A stretch of 64,000 nt of DNA from positions 1,488,001 to 1,552,000 of the forward strand of contig CAJFCJ010000003.1 in NCBI GenBank assembly GCA_904063045.1, read 5' to 3'. Under the pieces are notes generated by a model. The model was not told where the DNA came from and searched no databases. It saw only the letters and a list, made by a program, of their open reading frames with translations. The position numbers and the translations under genes are program-made. The stretch is from Dimorphilus gyrociliatus. Its lineage: Eukaryota; Animalia; Annelida. Shown piece by piece: positions 1-12,512 of this stretch; the first letter of the stretch is position 1, and each line of letters starts with the position of its first letter.

Positions 1-1271
1 GTTTTTAATTTTAGACTGCCCTGCTAAAACCAACTGCCTTTCAGGCTTTAAATTTTGTTTGTAGTATCTCAGAAGAGATCTATGACCAATGACTGCTCCA
101 GACGGTAAAGTAATTTCGAAGGCATTTTCCGTATCTAATAGATTCATATCAATTTCTTCTGGGTCTTCATTGTCACCATTTTCAGGATATGATGAAGAAT
201 AATCATAATAGTCTTCGTATTCTAGAAGTGTATCGCCTTCATGAAGCATTTTACAATGTTGTTTGTCGGTCATGTGGTTCTGGACAGCTCTCAATGAACG
301 AAAAGATTTGCCGTGTTCACTGCACCATAAACACATACGACCTTCCCCGACTTTTGCTCCTGATATTCAAAATATTTAAAAAAATGAAATACAGTTTAGA
401 GATATCTGAGCAAATACTTTTAGAAAGTAATTTCTTTTAAGATATGAAATAGAGGGATAAAAAATAACGAACCTAGGTAACTTAGAAGGCCCTCCAAATC
501 TGATACATAGTCGATATCAGGTATAAAAAAGTTATGTACTACAGTCATATGCTCCATATTTTTCTCCATGTCATCACAGACCTTTGAGCAAAATAGACAT
601 TCGTTTGCACTGAGAGCATCGTCACAATCACTCCATTCTTCTAAAGAAAGGAACATTTAATTATTGTATTATATAGGCAGGATAGAAGCAATGACATACC
701 GTCATCATCGCTCATGTTTTCATCAGCAATATCTTTCGATTTACTCTCCGATGTAGATGTAGATCTTTGACGGTTAAATATTGGATCATTCGGATTCTCA
801 GACCTTCGAACCTCTAAATCTTTGTGTTTCTTAGATTGGATATGATTTTTAAAAGCATTTTCCGAGCTGTCAAATATAAAACATTAAAGAAACGCTAAAT
901 GATATCTTATTAATTTATTCTACCTGAAACGTTTGTTACAAGTTTCACAGACGAAGTTGTCGGGTTGTTTTTCCGCTTCACTAGCCTAAAATTACGAATA
1001 TTCTAATAAGTAAAAAACTTTACATTTTATAGATTTTATTACCTGATTACGTTGACTAACAACTTTTTCCTCAAATGCAGTAGCTGTTACAGGGGGCATC
1101 TCAGCCACCTTTCTCTTTAAATTGTATCTGAAAAGGGGAGTGCAAGTTTTACATTATACTGTATATTTCACAATCTTATTTGTTTTACCTATGCCAATCA
1201 GTTTTATAATGTGCCCTCTGTAGATCTGGCTCGGGGAAAGCCACACGACAGGTAATACAGGTAAAGGACAT
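1..1271 (-). CDS. ZNF622: Zinc finger protein 622 (Rei1/Reh1-like cytoplasmic pre-60S maturation factor), multi-exon, 3' end outside the window
   Basis: ATG at 1271 gives MSFTCITCRVAFPEPDLQRAHYKTDWHR|YNLKRKVAEMPPV, the characteristic first C2H2 finger. Later exons give a CETCNKRF finger and CLFCSKV...EHMTVVHNFFIPDIDYVSDLEGLLSYLG. Introns are short GT-AG. Confidence 0.93.
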
Positions 1272-1977
1272 TATGTCTTCAGTTGTCTAAATCGAGCAAT
1301 AATGCTAATCTGAAAATTATGAATAGTAATATAGCACGTTTTGCGAATTATACATTATCGTTTTAAATTTTGGAGGATATAAATTAGAATAAGAGTTTAA
1401 AAATACTTTTTAAGGATTGATAAGAAAATTAATAAAAATAAGCATTGTTCAGTTATGATAATAATTATTAACAAATTACCTGGAGATAGTTTAATAGGTT
1501 AATTTATCGAATTGCACCACAAATAGAAAACTGTCTGCCGAAAAATATTCCAAGATGAAAAAAGCAGTGTCCGGGGATTGCTAAATCTGTGTATATAAAG
1601 AAAAGTTGAAGTAAAGTAGACCAAATAAATGAAAAAAGTAGAGTATTTTATCTTAATAAAACGATGAGTATGAATTAAAAGTGAATTTACATATATTTGA
1701 AAAAATGAATTACTAAAATAAGTCCATAACACCTCCCTCACCTAAACTATATTCGGCTTTTAATCCGACCAGTTTATATTTTCAACACTCGTTTAAATTA
1801 GAAATCAAACATTTTAAGTGGTAAGTCGATGACTCATTGTTTACTTAAAAAGTCTTAAATCTTCAATTTTAGATAATTCAGCACTGATTACGTTTAATAT
1901 GAATTCATTACTCTTTTAGACCTAGCCTGACATTGAAAGTACAGTTGCTTGATTTAGTTACGTATCGCTTCTGTAAA

Positions 1978-3120
1978 ATGGCGGAAAAGTTCTTAGAAGC
2001 TAAAGTCGTATTATTAGGAACACAAGGTATGTTAAGGATTCATTTAGATAATCCCAATGACAAATTGTAACATATTGTAATCGCAAAAGTGTAACGTATA
2101 TAAAATTATGAAATCATTTTATTCAAAAGTGGGCGGAATAAGAAAGATAATAATATATACAGTATATCAAAGTAATTTATTTTTGGCTGAATAAATTTGT
2201 TTACAGGTGTTGGAAAAACAAGCATTATTGTACGCTATGTCAGCAATACGTTTTACGCCCATGCTAGTCCTACAATCGGGGCTTCATTCTTCACTTGCAA
2301 ATTGTTTGTAGTTTATTGCGCAATTGCTTACTTTTATCCATATTAACAATATGAATATGAATTATTTGAAACAGAAAATTGAAAAATTGTAATATACGTC
2401 TACAAGTCTGGGATACCGCTGGACAAGAAAGATTCAGATCAATGGTAGATAAAATGATATAGAATATAATATAAACTTATACAGTTTATATATTTAATAA
2501 ATTTTTCTTTAATAATTTAGGCACCGTTATATTATAGAAATGCTAATGCTGCTATCTTGGTTTTTGATATAACAAACCGTTATACTTTTGACGATGTTCA
2601 TGTATGGGTTGAAGGTTTTTCTTTATTTAGCATTATTTATAAATCAAACTTAATTTTCAATTAATTACAATCTACAGAGGTGAGAAAAAATGCTACTGGT
2701 CATTTAGGTATAATTGTTCTTTTTATTTTTAACTTTCTCAAGAAAAGTGTCAATGATAATCAAAATTTATTTATAGACTTAATTCTCATTGGTAATAAAT
2801 CGGATCTCGAAGAGGATCGACAAGTAAATGAAAAAGAAGCAGAAACATACGCAAATACAATTGGTGCCAAATATTTATCAACATCCGCCTTAACAAATGA
2901 GGGTAAATAAAGTAAGAAAATATACAAGTACCACTTTTCAATTATAATTCTTATAGGAATTTCTCAAATTTTTACCGATATTGGTTTTTGCTTACTTGAA
3001 ACAAAGCAATCAAAAGATTCAAAAAACACCGAAAATGGTAATACTAAGGAACCTCTAAATCTTAATAATGGAACATATGGTTCAGAGGAAAAAACTGAAA
3101 AATCTTCTTGCTGCAAGTGA
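1978..3120 (+). CDS. Rab GTPase of the Rab5/21/22/31 subfamily, closest to Rab22/31-like; multi-exon
   Basis: Spliced product: MAEKFLEAKVVLLGTQGVGKTS (G1), SPTIGASFF (G2), [23 protein letters not shown] (G3), LIGNKSDL (G4), STSALT (G5). C-terminal SSCCK prenylation motif. Confidence 0.88.
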
Positions 3121-3138
3121 TGATGATGATGATGATGA
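3118..3138 (+). repeat. (TGA)7 microsatellite that begins with the Rab stop codon
   Basis: aagTGA tga tga tga tga tga tga: seven in-frame TGA triplets. Confidence 0.95.
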
Positions 3139-3407
3139 TATATGGATACTATGTGTATAATTTTATGGATAAAGTCAGAATTTTATGGCAGTATTCACAG
3201 ATTTTTACCTTGAATTAAATATTTAGTCTATTTAACTGAGAAATGCCATTATTTTTATTTCTATTTTTTAAATTACTTTTAATTGTAAAAAGTTACTACT
3301 TTTTAATTTCTTACAAAAAAACTTGAATTTTACTTGACATAAATACAATTATAGTTTTATTCAAATCAGTCTTTACATTACTTTTACAATGAAATATATT
3401 CTTTGTT

Positions 3408-5007
3408 CTACTCCAAAAGATATAGTTTATTTGATATTGAAGTACAACCTGCTTTAGAGTATTCAATTCCATCAATCTCTTGAAATGTTACAGAACTAAT
3501 TATTTGGTCAAGCTTCTCTCTTGAAAGTTTCAGTCCCCTCTTTTTTGCTTCCAAAATCACACATTGAATAGCGTGTTTCTTTTCAAGTAATTGAAAGGGA
3601 ACAAAGCTGTCTATCATGCCAGAAGACATAAATTCCTTAAACCAGTGAGTTTTAAGCATAATATTTTTCTCAATTTCTGGATATTTAGTATTTCTATCAA
3701 ATTGTTGAGAATTTTCTGGTTTACTGGTGTCAATAAGGAGAAAAACAGTGTAGTTTATTTTGGTGCTTTGCTTCTTCATTAAGTGTAAAGTAGAAAACAG
3801 AGCCTCTATCACTCGATTATCAGCTATTTCCAAGCCGTCAAAAATGAACAAATTTGTTGATCTGTCTTTAACTAAGTCAGGAATTTCTCTAAATGTTGAA
3901 AGATCCAAAAGCTTTGCTTTAGATCCAAAGTGGTAAGACGTGACATATAAGTGGACATTAGTTTGCTGAAAGGACTTGGAAATAACTTGAGAAGTGTAAG
4001 ATTTACCAGTTCCAGTTGGCCCATGCAATAAAAACACTAAAGGTTCTATTCTTTGTTGTTTTTTATACATTTCCATATAGTTCAAAATATCGCGTAAGGC
4101 GTCGTCCTGACCTATTATACTTTCTCTAAGATCTCTTGAGATATTTGCTAAATCTATATTCAGATTAGGTTTTAAATCAGGAGTGGTTTGTAATTTTAAG
4201 AAAACAAATCCCAATATGGTGGGAAGAAATAAAATTACTAAGAGCAGTAGAACATTTGACTTTTTCTCAATTTTTTTCTCAGGTTCTTTTGAAACATTTG
4301 TGGAGCATAGACTGCGAATACTTGATGGGGGTGATATGTCAGATTGCATTGTGCCTGAAATAGCTGATCCAGTCTCTTCAACTTCTGACCTTCGGACTGT
4401 ACCTACACCAGATATAAGCGACTGTGCAGAATAAATGCTCCTGGAGTCATCTTCAATATTAGAATCCCGTAGCAGCAAGTCATTGGTCGAGCTTCCCATT
4501 TTTGAATCTGCAACAGCAATATATCCAAACATATAAATATTTTTATATATAAAATATATAGAGATACTGTATATATCATACTGTAATTAACAGAAAATAA
4601 TTAGATATTCACATTCAGAAGGGCAAGACGCTTTCGAAATTCCAGTTAGAGTTGACACTCCACTGATCACACTTCTCTGATCGACTTCTAAGTTGTCTGA
4701 TCGCATAGGAAGCTTTTCTTCATCTAAAAGTATATCATATAAATAAATCATCCACAAAAACAAAAAACTCACTATTTGATGAAGTTGACCACAGAGATAA
4801 CCCGGTTGCAGGATCTTTCTCCTGTTCTTTATAGGATGAATTATTAGGTGAATTAAAATCGATTTCCATCGGATGTACGGAGGGATGTTTATTCGGAGGG
4901 GAATGAAAACTAAAAGTGCTTAACGAGCTGTTGATCAATCGTAAATTTAATCCATCATTGTTTTCTCTATTTTCTTTATTTTCTTTATTACAAGGACTCC
5001 ACTCCAT
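3408..5007 (-). CDS. Torsin family AAA+ protein, TOR4A-like, with Ser-rich N-terminus and one TM helix (exons 5007-4773, 4723-4613, 4507-3408)
   Basis: LRESIIGQDDA, PLVFLLHGPTGTGKS (Walker A), LFIFDGLE (Walker B position), MIDSFVPFQLLEKKHAIQCV and YSKAGCTSI match the torsin pattern. TM segment VLLLLVILFLPTILGFVFL. Splice phases are consistent (1,1). The start at MEWSP is inferred. Confidence 0.8.
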
Positions 5008-5237
5008 GAGACTTTCATCGCTCAGGAAAGATTTATCAGGAAAATTTCGAAGGCTCTCTGAATGCTGACTGAAAAAAATAATAAACAAACAGATAGCACA
5101 AATGCGAAGGGAGTTTATCAACTTGTTTATTTAACAACCTCATGACCAAAGTTTAAAACTTAGTTTCAGTATCACAACCCCTGCGTTTAGCGAAACATTA
5201 CGACAACACCCGTTTCTTAGGATATGGACACCACACA

Positions 5238-6150
5238 ATGACTATCATGGGAGATGATATGAATGAAAACATAGAATTATCGGATTTCGTTGAGTCTGAA
5301 GAAGAGGAGCAGGATAACCCCTACAAGAGAAAATATTTAACTTTGAAAAAGCATATTGAAGATATTTGCCGCGTAAGCGCAATATCAAAAAAATTTTATT
5401 TGAGCGATATTCAATAAAAAACAAATTATTAATGATTTGCCCTTTCAGGACAATAAACGGCTGGTAAACCGTATTCATCACATCAAAAGACTCAAACATC
5501 GAGCCAAAAAACTTCGAAAGTATGATTTTATTTCCTTAGAATTAAGTTAATTTTAAGTTTGAGCAGGTATTTGATAAGAACATTGCGGGAACATGATGTT
5601 GACATCGAAAGTATTCCCTTACCCTCAGGCTTAGAGGTACAGAGAAGAATGCATTGTATTAAACATTTTTATAAAGATAATTTCAAACTATAGATGTCAT
5701 TATCAACAATACCAATTCCCCCAATATCAAGTTCTCAGGATGCTTTATCTACTGCAAATTTTCATGCTAAATCTAAAACGACTATAACTGCCGGTATATC
5801 TCCAGTGAGACAAGCAAGAAACGGGAAACAGAACAAGTCGAAGGCATTTTTAAATTTTAGCGCAAAGAAGAGGCCACAAATTTTAGCTCAAGTCAATCAG
5901 CTGGTACGTTTAATAATCATGTCAAAATAGAATTTGAAATATAGAAAATGTTTAATTTGATTTAGTAATGAATAATCTTTTTAGAGTAGATAAAATATAA
6001 AATATTAATTTACCTCTTTTGATCCCCAAGATGAGAAATAAATCTGAAAAGGAAAAGGAAGATGCAGTTGAGGAGCATTTAGCATCTTTATACAAAGCCT
6101 TAACCCCACAAGAAAGAAGAAGATTTCAAAATTCTAAAAAAGCCTCCTAA
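5238..6150 (+). CDS. TFPT: TFPT/INO80F-like protein with a C-terminal HMG-box-like region (5 exons: 5238-5372, 5449-5519, 5567-5636, 5694-5904, 6031-6150)
   Basis: YKRKYLTLKKHIEDICRDNKRLVNRIHHIKRLKHRAKKLRKYLIRTLREHDVD aligns by eye with the human TFPT coiled coil ([51 protein letters not shown]). All exon phases join in frame. Confidence 0.7.
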
Positions 6151-6913
6151 GTCTTCAGATCTGTGTTTTGAACTATTAAAACTTTCTGAAAAGTTTTTTT
6201 CACTATTTTCGTACTTTTTTTTGTCTTTGATAAAGTCAATATGGAATTTTTTTTTAAAATAAATAATGTTATTCTATACAAATTAACTGTTAGTCTATCT
6301 TTTTTTATTTATTTAAATACTTTATAGGGATATAACAGCTATCATAAAAAGTTTACAAAATTAATAATACGTCGTTTGAAAGCAGTCTGCTATTAATCTA
6401 ATTACTTCTTTTCATTTCTAATTATGAATTTAAAACATATGTTGTAAATGACAGCTTTTAAAATTTTATTAGATCAATTATTTGTAATACAAAGGAGGAA
6501 AACAAATAAAAATTAGCAATAAAGCTCATATTTTTAGAAAATTGACTTTCACTATATGACAATTAGGGATACGTATTTGATATAATAAGGCATCCGCTAT
6601 ATAGATGCGATTGACCAATAAACGAAAAGACAGATCTAGAATACACCTTTTTTGAATAGTTTTTAACAATAACGTGCTTAAATGTTGGGCGGGAAATTTA
6701 AAAAAGTGGTTTTCGTTAGCTTCTTTTCATAACTTTTTCGTGTTGACGTAAAAGTTTCCAAATATTCAAAAGAATAACGTTTTAAGAAGGTGTTACCAGC
6801 TTTGTCAATTTTATTTGAAATTTTAATTAAGTCTTTATAATTTTATTCTATTCATAATTTGCCGCCAATAGTGATCACGTGATTTTAGTATCGTTCCCAA
6901 GCAGCTAAAAACC

Positions 6914-7807
6914 ATGTTCTCCAGCAGAATACTGAAATTTGCCGGTAAGGTAACTCTCATTTCGACCGGAACTGCCATCTTTCTCTATCCGAATATTACT
7001 AATGCTGCGGAAGTTGATAAAAGGCAAGAATCAGTCTCTTGGGATTCTAACTGGGACAAAAGAAATCCTGATGTTATGCTGGAGCATTACAAGTTTAGAT
7101 TGAAGAAGAAAGCTTTGGAAAATGAAAAGTCGAGAGAAGAGTTTAGTACCAAAGCTAGTCGACATATTTTGCTTATAAGACATGGACAGTATAACATTAA
7201 AGGTTCAGAAGACGAAGAGAGGAAATTGACGGAAATTGGCAGATTGCAAGCTCATGAGACTGGCAAACGATTAAAGGATTTGGCTCTCCCTTATACGATG
7301 TTCGTCTCATCTACTATGCAAAGGGCCAAGGAAACGGCGGAAATTATAGAAAACTATCTCCCAATAAAAATTGGAATATATGATGATAATTTAAGGGAAG
7401 GCATGCCATACCCTCCAGAACCTCCAATTATGATGTATCGTTCTGAATATCGGGTAAATCTTCAATATATTTCCAGTTAATTCTAGTCTTTGACATTTTT
7501 TAATATTATTAATTAGTATCATGAGGATGGTGCAAGAATAGAAGCCGCTTATCGAAGATACTTCAAAAGAACAGACCCTGGTCAGACGGAAGATTCCTAC
7601 GATATTGTGGTCTGTCATGCCAATGTCATTAGATATTTTATTTGCCGAGTGCTCCAAGTGTCACCCTCAGCCTGGGCAAGAATGGATCTCAAACATGCAA
7701 GTATAACTTGGGTTGTCATAAGGCCCAACGGTGAAATTAGAATAAGGCAAGTTGGAGACTGCGGTCACATGCCAGTTAAACTAATGACTTCTAAAAATAG
7801 CTCATAA
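6914..7807 (+). CDS. PGAM5: Mitochondrial Ser/Thr phosphatase PGAM5 (exons 6914-7453, 7517-7807)
   Basis: N-terminal hydrophobic anchor, WDSNWD motif, ILLIRHGQY phospho-His motif, LREGMPYPPEP, YHEDGARIEAAYRRYF, VCHANVIRYFICRVLQ. Confidence 0.95.
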
Positions 7808-7977
7808 TTTAAAGAAATCAACTGTATTAATTAATATTTAACAAAAAATGCTCTTTTATACACTTATTAAAACAGCAAAATGAATGTTAACTTCTTTATC
7901 ACAGTAGGAATACTAAGGCTTGTTATCACAATATTCTTTTAATGGTGGTAAACTAAATGCTAAATTTAATATACATA

Positions 7978-9547
7978 TTAGAACGCATTAAGCGACGAAT
8001 TAACTTGTATATATTTGATATTAGGCTGTACTTCTCCGTTTGCTAACTTTAGCAAACTTTTCCACACTCTTTGAATGGAGCTTAAGTCATGAACATGAGA
8101 AAAAACGTATGTGTACCACTGAGGACCATTAAACTTTTCCTGTAGCTTACGCCCATCTAGAACATATGTACTCATAAATTGTTTGTGTTTTAACTTCAAC
8201 TTGAGTGGAAGTAAACCAGTGATGTAGAAGTCGTCAACCCAGAAAAAAGGAACTGTATAACTTGCATAGTAAAGCTTAACAGCTACGTCGGTACTGAGTG
8301 TAAACGCACTACCAGAGCAATATGTTGGATAGTACTTTCCAGGAAACTCTTTTTCGCTTACTGCCCATTTCCCTGTTCTCATTACTATCATCCTACCCCA
8401 GACTAGACAAAGTATTAAATCATTTCGGTATGTTCCAAATCGATAGTAACTCGATAAATGCCTTAGCAACGTAAACATATTGACGAACATGTCGTCGTCA
8501 GCCTTCAGAACATACTTTGAGTTCCTGCAATGAGTTGTTACCCATTTTAAAGCTGCTACTCCCTTATAGGTTAAATTTTTATAGGCATCCACAAAATCTT
8601 CTTGAACTATATCATTATACATTTGAGCTTCGTAAAGCAAGGCCTCTTGAATATTCTGAAAGAAGTAATGTCGGTTAGTAGTAGTATTATTATCAACAAT
8701 ATATTTACATAACAATTTATATCCACACTGCCTTTGTAAAATCTAATATTTGCATTTTGCTTTTTTTTCGAAAATTCAAAGGTTCAGTGAATCAGTTTTA
8801 ACTTTAGGTCTAAAATACATAAGAATAAAAAGTTTCAAAATGCACACCTTATTATCATCTGCACTCTTTCCAAGAACAAATACGACTCTTATTTTTAATT
8901 CATACTGCTTTGGATTTCCCCAAGTTTGTCGAATTACCATCCGTTGTTTAACGTGTTTTATGGCTGTATGAACATATACCAGGAGGAATAAGTCATCAAT
9001 TTGACATATGCTTTTTGAATTAATGATGTATTTAAATGGGTGAGGATTACGAATTTCAGATTCGTTTAATGTCTCATTAATTCCTTTGATGAAGGAGTGT
9101 AAATGAGAATGATTGGCTTTTAAAACAGTCATATTGCTAGCAAATTTTGATAAAGAAGAATCATTGCTTTTCTCAATTGGTTTGAGAACAATTTTCGGTG
9201 TAAATTTTCTTGTGGGACTGATGGCATGTTGATCATCGACATGAAATTTTATAGTTGATGGTTGTATCTCTCTTAATTTAAAATCTTCTCTCTCATTTTT
9301 TTCTTCAGTGGTATGGAAGCTATCAACACAAGATATAATTAATATTAATTCACTTTGAAAAAAACCCCAGTTTTTTTTAATAAAAAAACCCATAGTAGAA
9401 CGATGTTTTATTGAAAATTGTATAACGGTCATAAATAATTTACAAAAACATGCATGTATATAAGTGTTCTTACTTTATCAAATATATCAATAGGATAAGC
9501 AGCACTATTGCAGTTCCTAAGAGGCGACTTATCCCACGAAATCTCAT
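7978..9547 (-). CDS. Beta-1,3-galactosyltransferase family (GT31) type II membrane protein (exons 9547-9474, 9319-8848, 8655-7978)
   Basis: Exon 1 gives MRFRGISRLLGTAIVLLILLIYLIN (signal anchor) and joins in phase 2. Catalytic motifs: RMVIRQTWG, VVFVLG, DIVQEDFVDAYKNLTYK, YVLKADDDMFVN, YPTYCSGSAF, FWVDDFYITG. Confidence 0.9.
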
Positions 9548-9895
9548 TCTCTTTCAAGCATCTGTTGGGATAATTACAATATCTCAAATCTAAGATCAAT
9601 ACTGACGCCATAATATTGATGAATCAGTTAATATTTGATCCACGCCTTCAAGATAGGCTACAATTTCAGTTCCTATATTTGACAACAAATTTGTCTATTT
9701 ACGATAATTATTATTATATACATACATATAGTATAATTATGTATTTGAAGGTTTCTTATCCATCTGTGATTCCTTAATTGAAAGTTATAATACCTCTTTT
9801 CTCCGAAATTCTCATTGAAATGATACTCTATTTTTAGACAGATAGGCGTCGCCATATGTATTCTCTCGTTTTTTAACGATAAACGTACGTAGAAT

Positions 9896-9904
9896 TGACC
9901 TTGA
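9896..9904. promoter_or_regulatory. ERR/SF-1-type extended nuclear-receptor half-site (TGACCTTGA) just upstream of the MRPS26 ATG
   Basis: Exact reverse complement of TCAAGGTCA, ending 18 bp before the ATG. Function is inferred only. Confidence 0.35.
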
Positions 9905-9921
9905 CCCGAGGAGAAAACGTG

Positions 9922-10631
9922 ATGAGTTTACAATCGGTTTTTAGTCGGTTTTTACCCAATTTAAGGGTTATCCGTCAGAATGGAATCAATGCACAACAGT
10001 TACGATTTAGGAAACGTAGATGGGCACCTATTGCTGCCTCAAAGCTGTATGTTGTGCCTCCTGATCCACACTTTCCAGAATGGGATCAACTTAGAAAGCT
10101 AGAAAAGGTTTATGCAACAGAAATGCGATCTATAAGGTAAAATTCTATGGAGCTCAGAGCACCATTCTAATCTAATACTGAAATATAATTTATAGACAAG
10201 CTTTCGTGAAGGAACGTCAACAGATAAAATACGCTCAGACAGAAGCAGCAGAAGTTGTCCAAAAGAGAAAAGATGAATTTCAAGCTCTGAAGAAGCTTAA
10301 CAACGAATGGAACGATAGAGTTGGAAAGATAAGACAAGAAAGACAAATATTGGAAGACGAGGCTGCTGAAGAGCGTAGGATACGGGAATTGATAGCCTTG
10401 GAAGAAGAAGAAAAGCGTATTCGTATGGAAAATGAACGTTTAGTTAGAGAGGAGATAGAAAATTCAAAACAGTTTATTGATATGGACGACATTGATAACG
10501 AAATTGAAAAGGCATTAAATTCAAGGGCCGATTATAATTTTGCCATAGATGTATTTGGTAATAGATATTACAATTCCTCTCAAACATCATCAGAAACTTC
10601 CAGTATTCAGGACACTCAAAAAGGGAGCTAA
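9922..10631 (+). CDS. MRPS26: Mitochondrial ribosomal protein S26 (mS26) (exons 9922-10136, 10196-10631)
   Basis: Basic presequence, RKRRWAPIAASKLY motif, long E/R/K coiled coil, C-terminal IDNEIEKALNSRADYNFAID. Confidence 0.85.
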
Positions 10632-10748
10632 GCAAATGCCTGATTTAAATATTTAGTCTGTTTTCAATATGAAATTCATGTATCAACTGACAGAAGAATA
10701 GAATATCCTTAACTGTTTTGTTAATTTTTTCACGTTATTGCTTAGCTT

Positions 10749-12204
10749 TTAATTTGCTCTTGTTTTATCCCCAACCAAAGCGTAACAACGTGGGGACTTT
10801 AACGGTTTGAATAGTTGAATTATATGAACATTTTTGGTTCCATTCTCTATGAGATAGTACATTCTGTCTAATAGAATTATTGCTTCTATGCAAGGAGATA
10901 GAAGGGTTCTTAATTTAAAAAATGCATCTAATTTCCATTTTATGGCCGCTGTGTCATTGATATATGCTTCTATTTCTTCATCAGTAAGAGTATTTTCGAT
11001 TTTTAACAATCTAAAAGATTTCTTACAGTATTCAACAAAATTAGAGCACCTTTTTGCGATTTTCCCTACTTTCCAATCATCTTTTTGTGCTTTGTTGTTT
11101 GTCAAATCAATCAGAATTTTTTGGAGAGTGCACCTCCATAGCATACTTATAGGAGCTAGTTTACAGCCATCTTCCATTCGCTCTGCAGCCTGAGTAGCTA
11201 ACATTCGACAATTTCTATAAAAGAACAAAATTATATTTTTCAAAAATAAGGATTATTATAATAATCATAAACCTATTCAATTTGAAATTTCTTTTCTTTA
11301 ATGGTGATGATAGTGGAAACTCTTCGGGTAAAATATGCTGATAACAACAGCCAACGTTTACCAACAGACGTGCTTTATTCTGATTAAGAAATAATTCTAT
11401 TAGACTATTAGCTAGGCTTCCGCAAGTGTGTAGACCAACAACTCCTATCTTATCTATCTCAGTTGAAAAGTTTTCCTCCAATATTGGATCTAAGTTTAAA
11501 TCAGGCGTTACATAGCAAGTTAATCGTTTGAATTTCGCTTCAGTTTTTCCAATTTCATCAGGATTGGGTTTTTCTTGATTATCAGTTTTTTTCAATGCAT
11601 TGTCCTTAAGTGTATTCCAATATTTTTTTAATTTGACTTCTCTAAAGCTTGCACTTTCGTTGATAGATTTGCTACCTTCAATGCCCAAAACATTCAAATT
11701 ACAATTTAAAGTGAGAAAATTTGAAAGATACCCTCGTCCGCTGCCTATATCGACAATGCAATTAACTTTATGATATCTACATATGGAATATATAATTTCT
11801 GACATTTCATAAGTCTCATGAAACTTTTTGTCAGTCATAAATGAAGCGACTTGGACAGTATTTGGTTTGCCAGTAAAGTTTTCATATAAAGTTTCTAAAT
11901 CGGTGAGAACGTTTAAATATGGAAGAGTATGTTTTTTCACAAAAGAGACAAATAGTTGAAGACAGTTCGCAGAGTCTTCTACTGAATATGATTCTCTCGG
12001 GTCAACTGGTTGACAATCAGTCAGAAGATTCGATAATTTTTCAGAATTTAAGCTTGATAAGTCATTTTTCAACTTTTCAGGAACGATTTTTTCCCAACAA
12101 TCTTCAGTAAAGAAGTCGGTATTATGTGCTTCAGCGAGTGGTAGATAATACTGAAGAAATTTACTTAGGCTATCTAATTTTGATTCTAAGATATATTCTT
12201 GCAT
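10749..12204 (-). CDS. METTL25: Methyltransferase-like protein 25 (2 exons)
   Basis: AHNTDFFTEDCW; MTDKKFHETYEMSEII; IVDIGSGRGYLS (SAM motif I); VVGLHTCGSLA; LVNVGCCYQH; LRTLLSPCIEAIILLDR; LFKPLKSPRCYA. Confidence 0.88.
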
Positions 12205-12250
12205 TTCTCATGCTATTCCCTATTTTCGCTCACCAACAGCATTACTGAAT

Positions 12251-12259
12251 TCAAGGTCA
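12251..12259. promoter_or_regulatory. ERR-type element TCAAGGTCA upstream of METTL25
   Basis: Exact 9-mer about 47 bp upstream of the METTL25 ATG. Confidence 0.3.
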
Positions 12260-12512
12260 TACTGGTCGATAGCAGCGACATCCAACAGTTGATTTGTTTG
12301 TCTTACAGTCACTTTCTATAGTCATATTCGTTTATAAAATTTAATTAAGTTCGTGATGGAATCACGAAGGAAATCAAATGATTGGTGAAGTTTAACTCGA
12401 TATCAAAAATTTTTAAAGACGAGATAAGTTGTTTTTGATTTTTAAATATAATTTACTATTTTCATCAAAGAAAACACAGTTAAATTTCTATATTTTAACA
12501 GTTCATATACTT

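Noticed and set aside
9673-9855. Minus-strand ORF MATPICLKIEYHF... and ORF 9429-9611 upstream of the galactosyltransferase
   Set aside because: No splice combination I tried gave a sustained open frame. The true GT31 start is in another frame at 9547. Probably 5' leader or uORFs.
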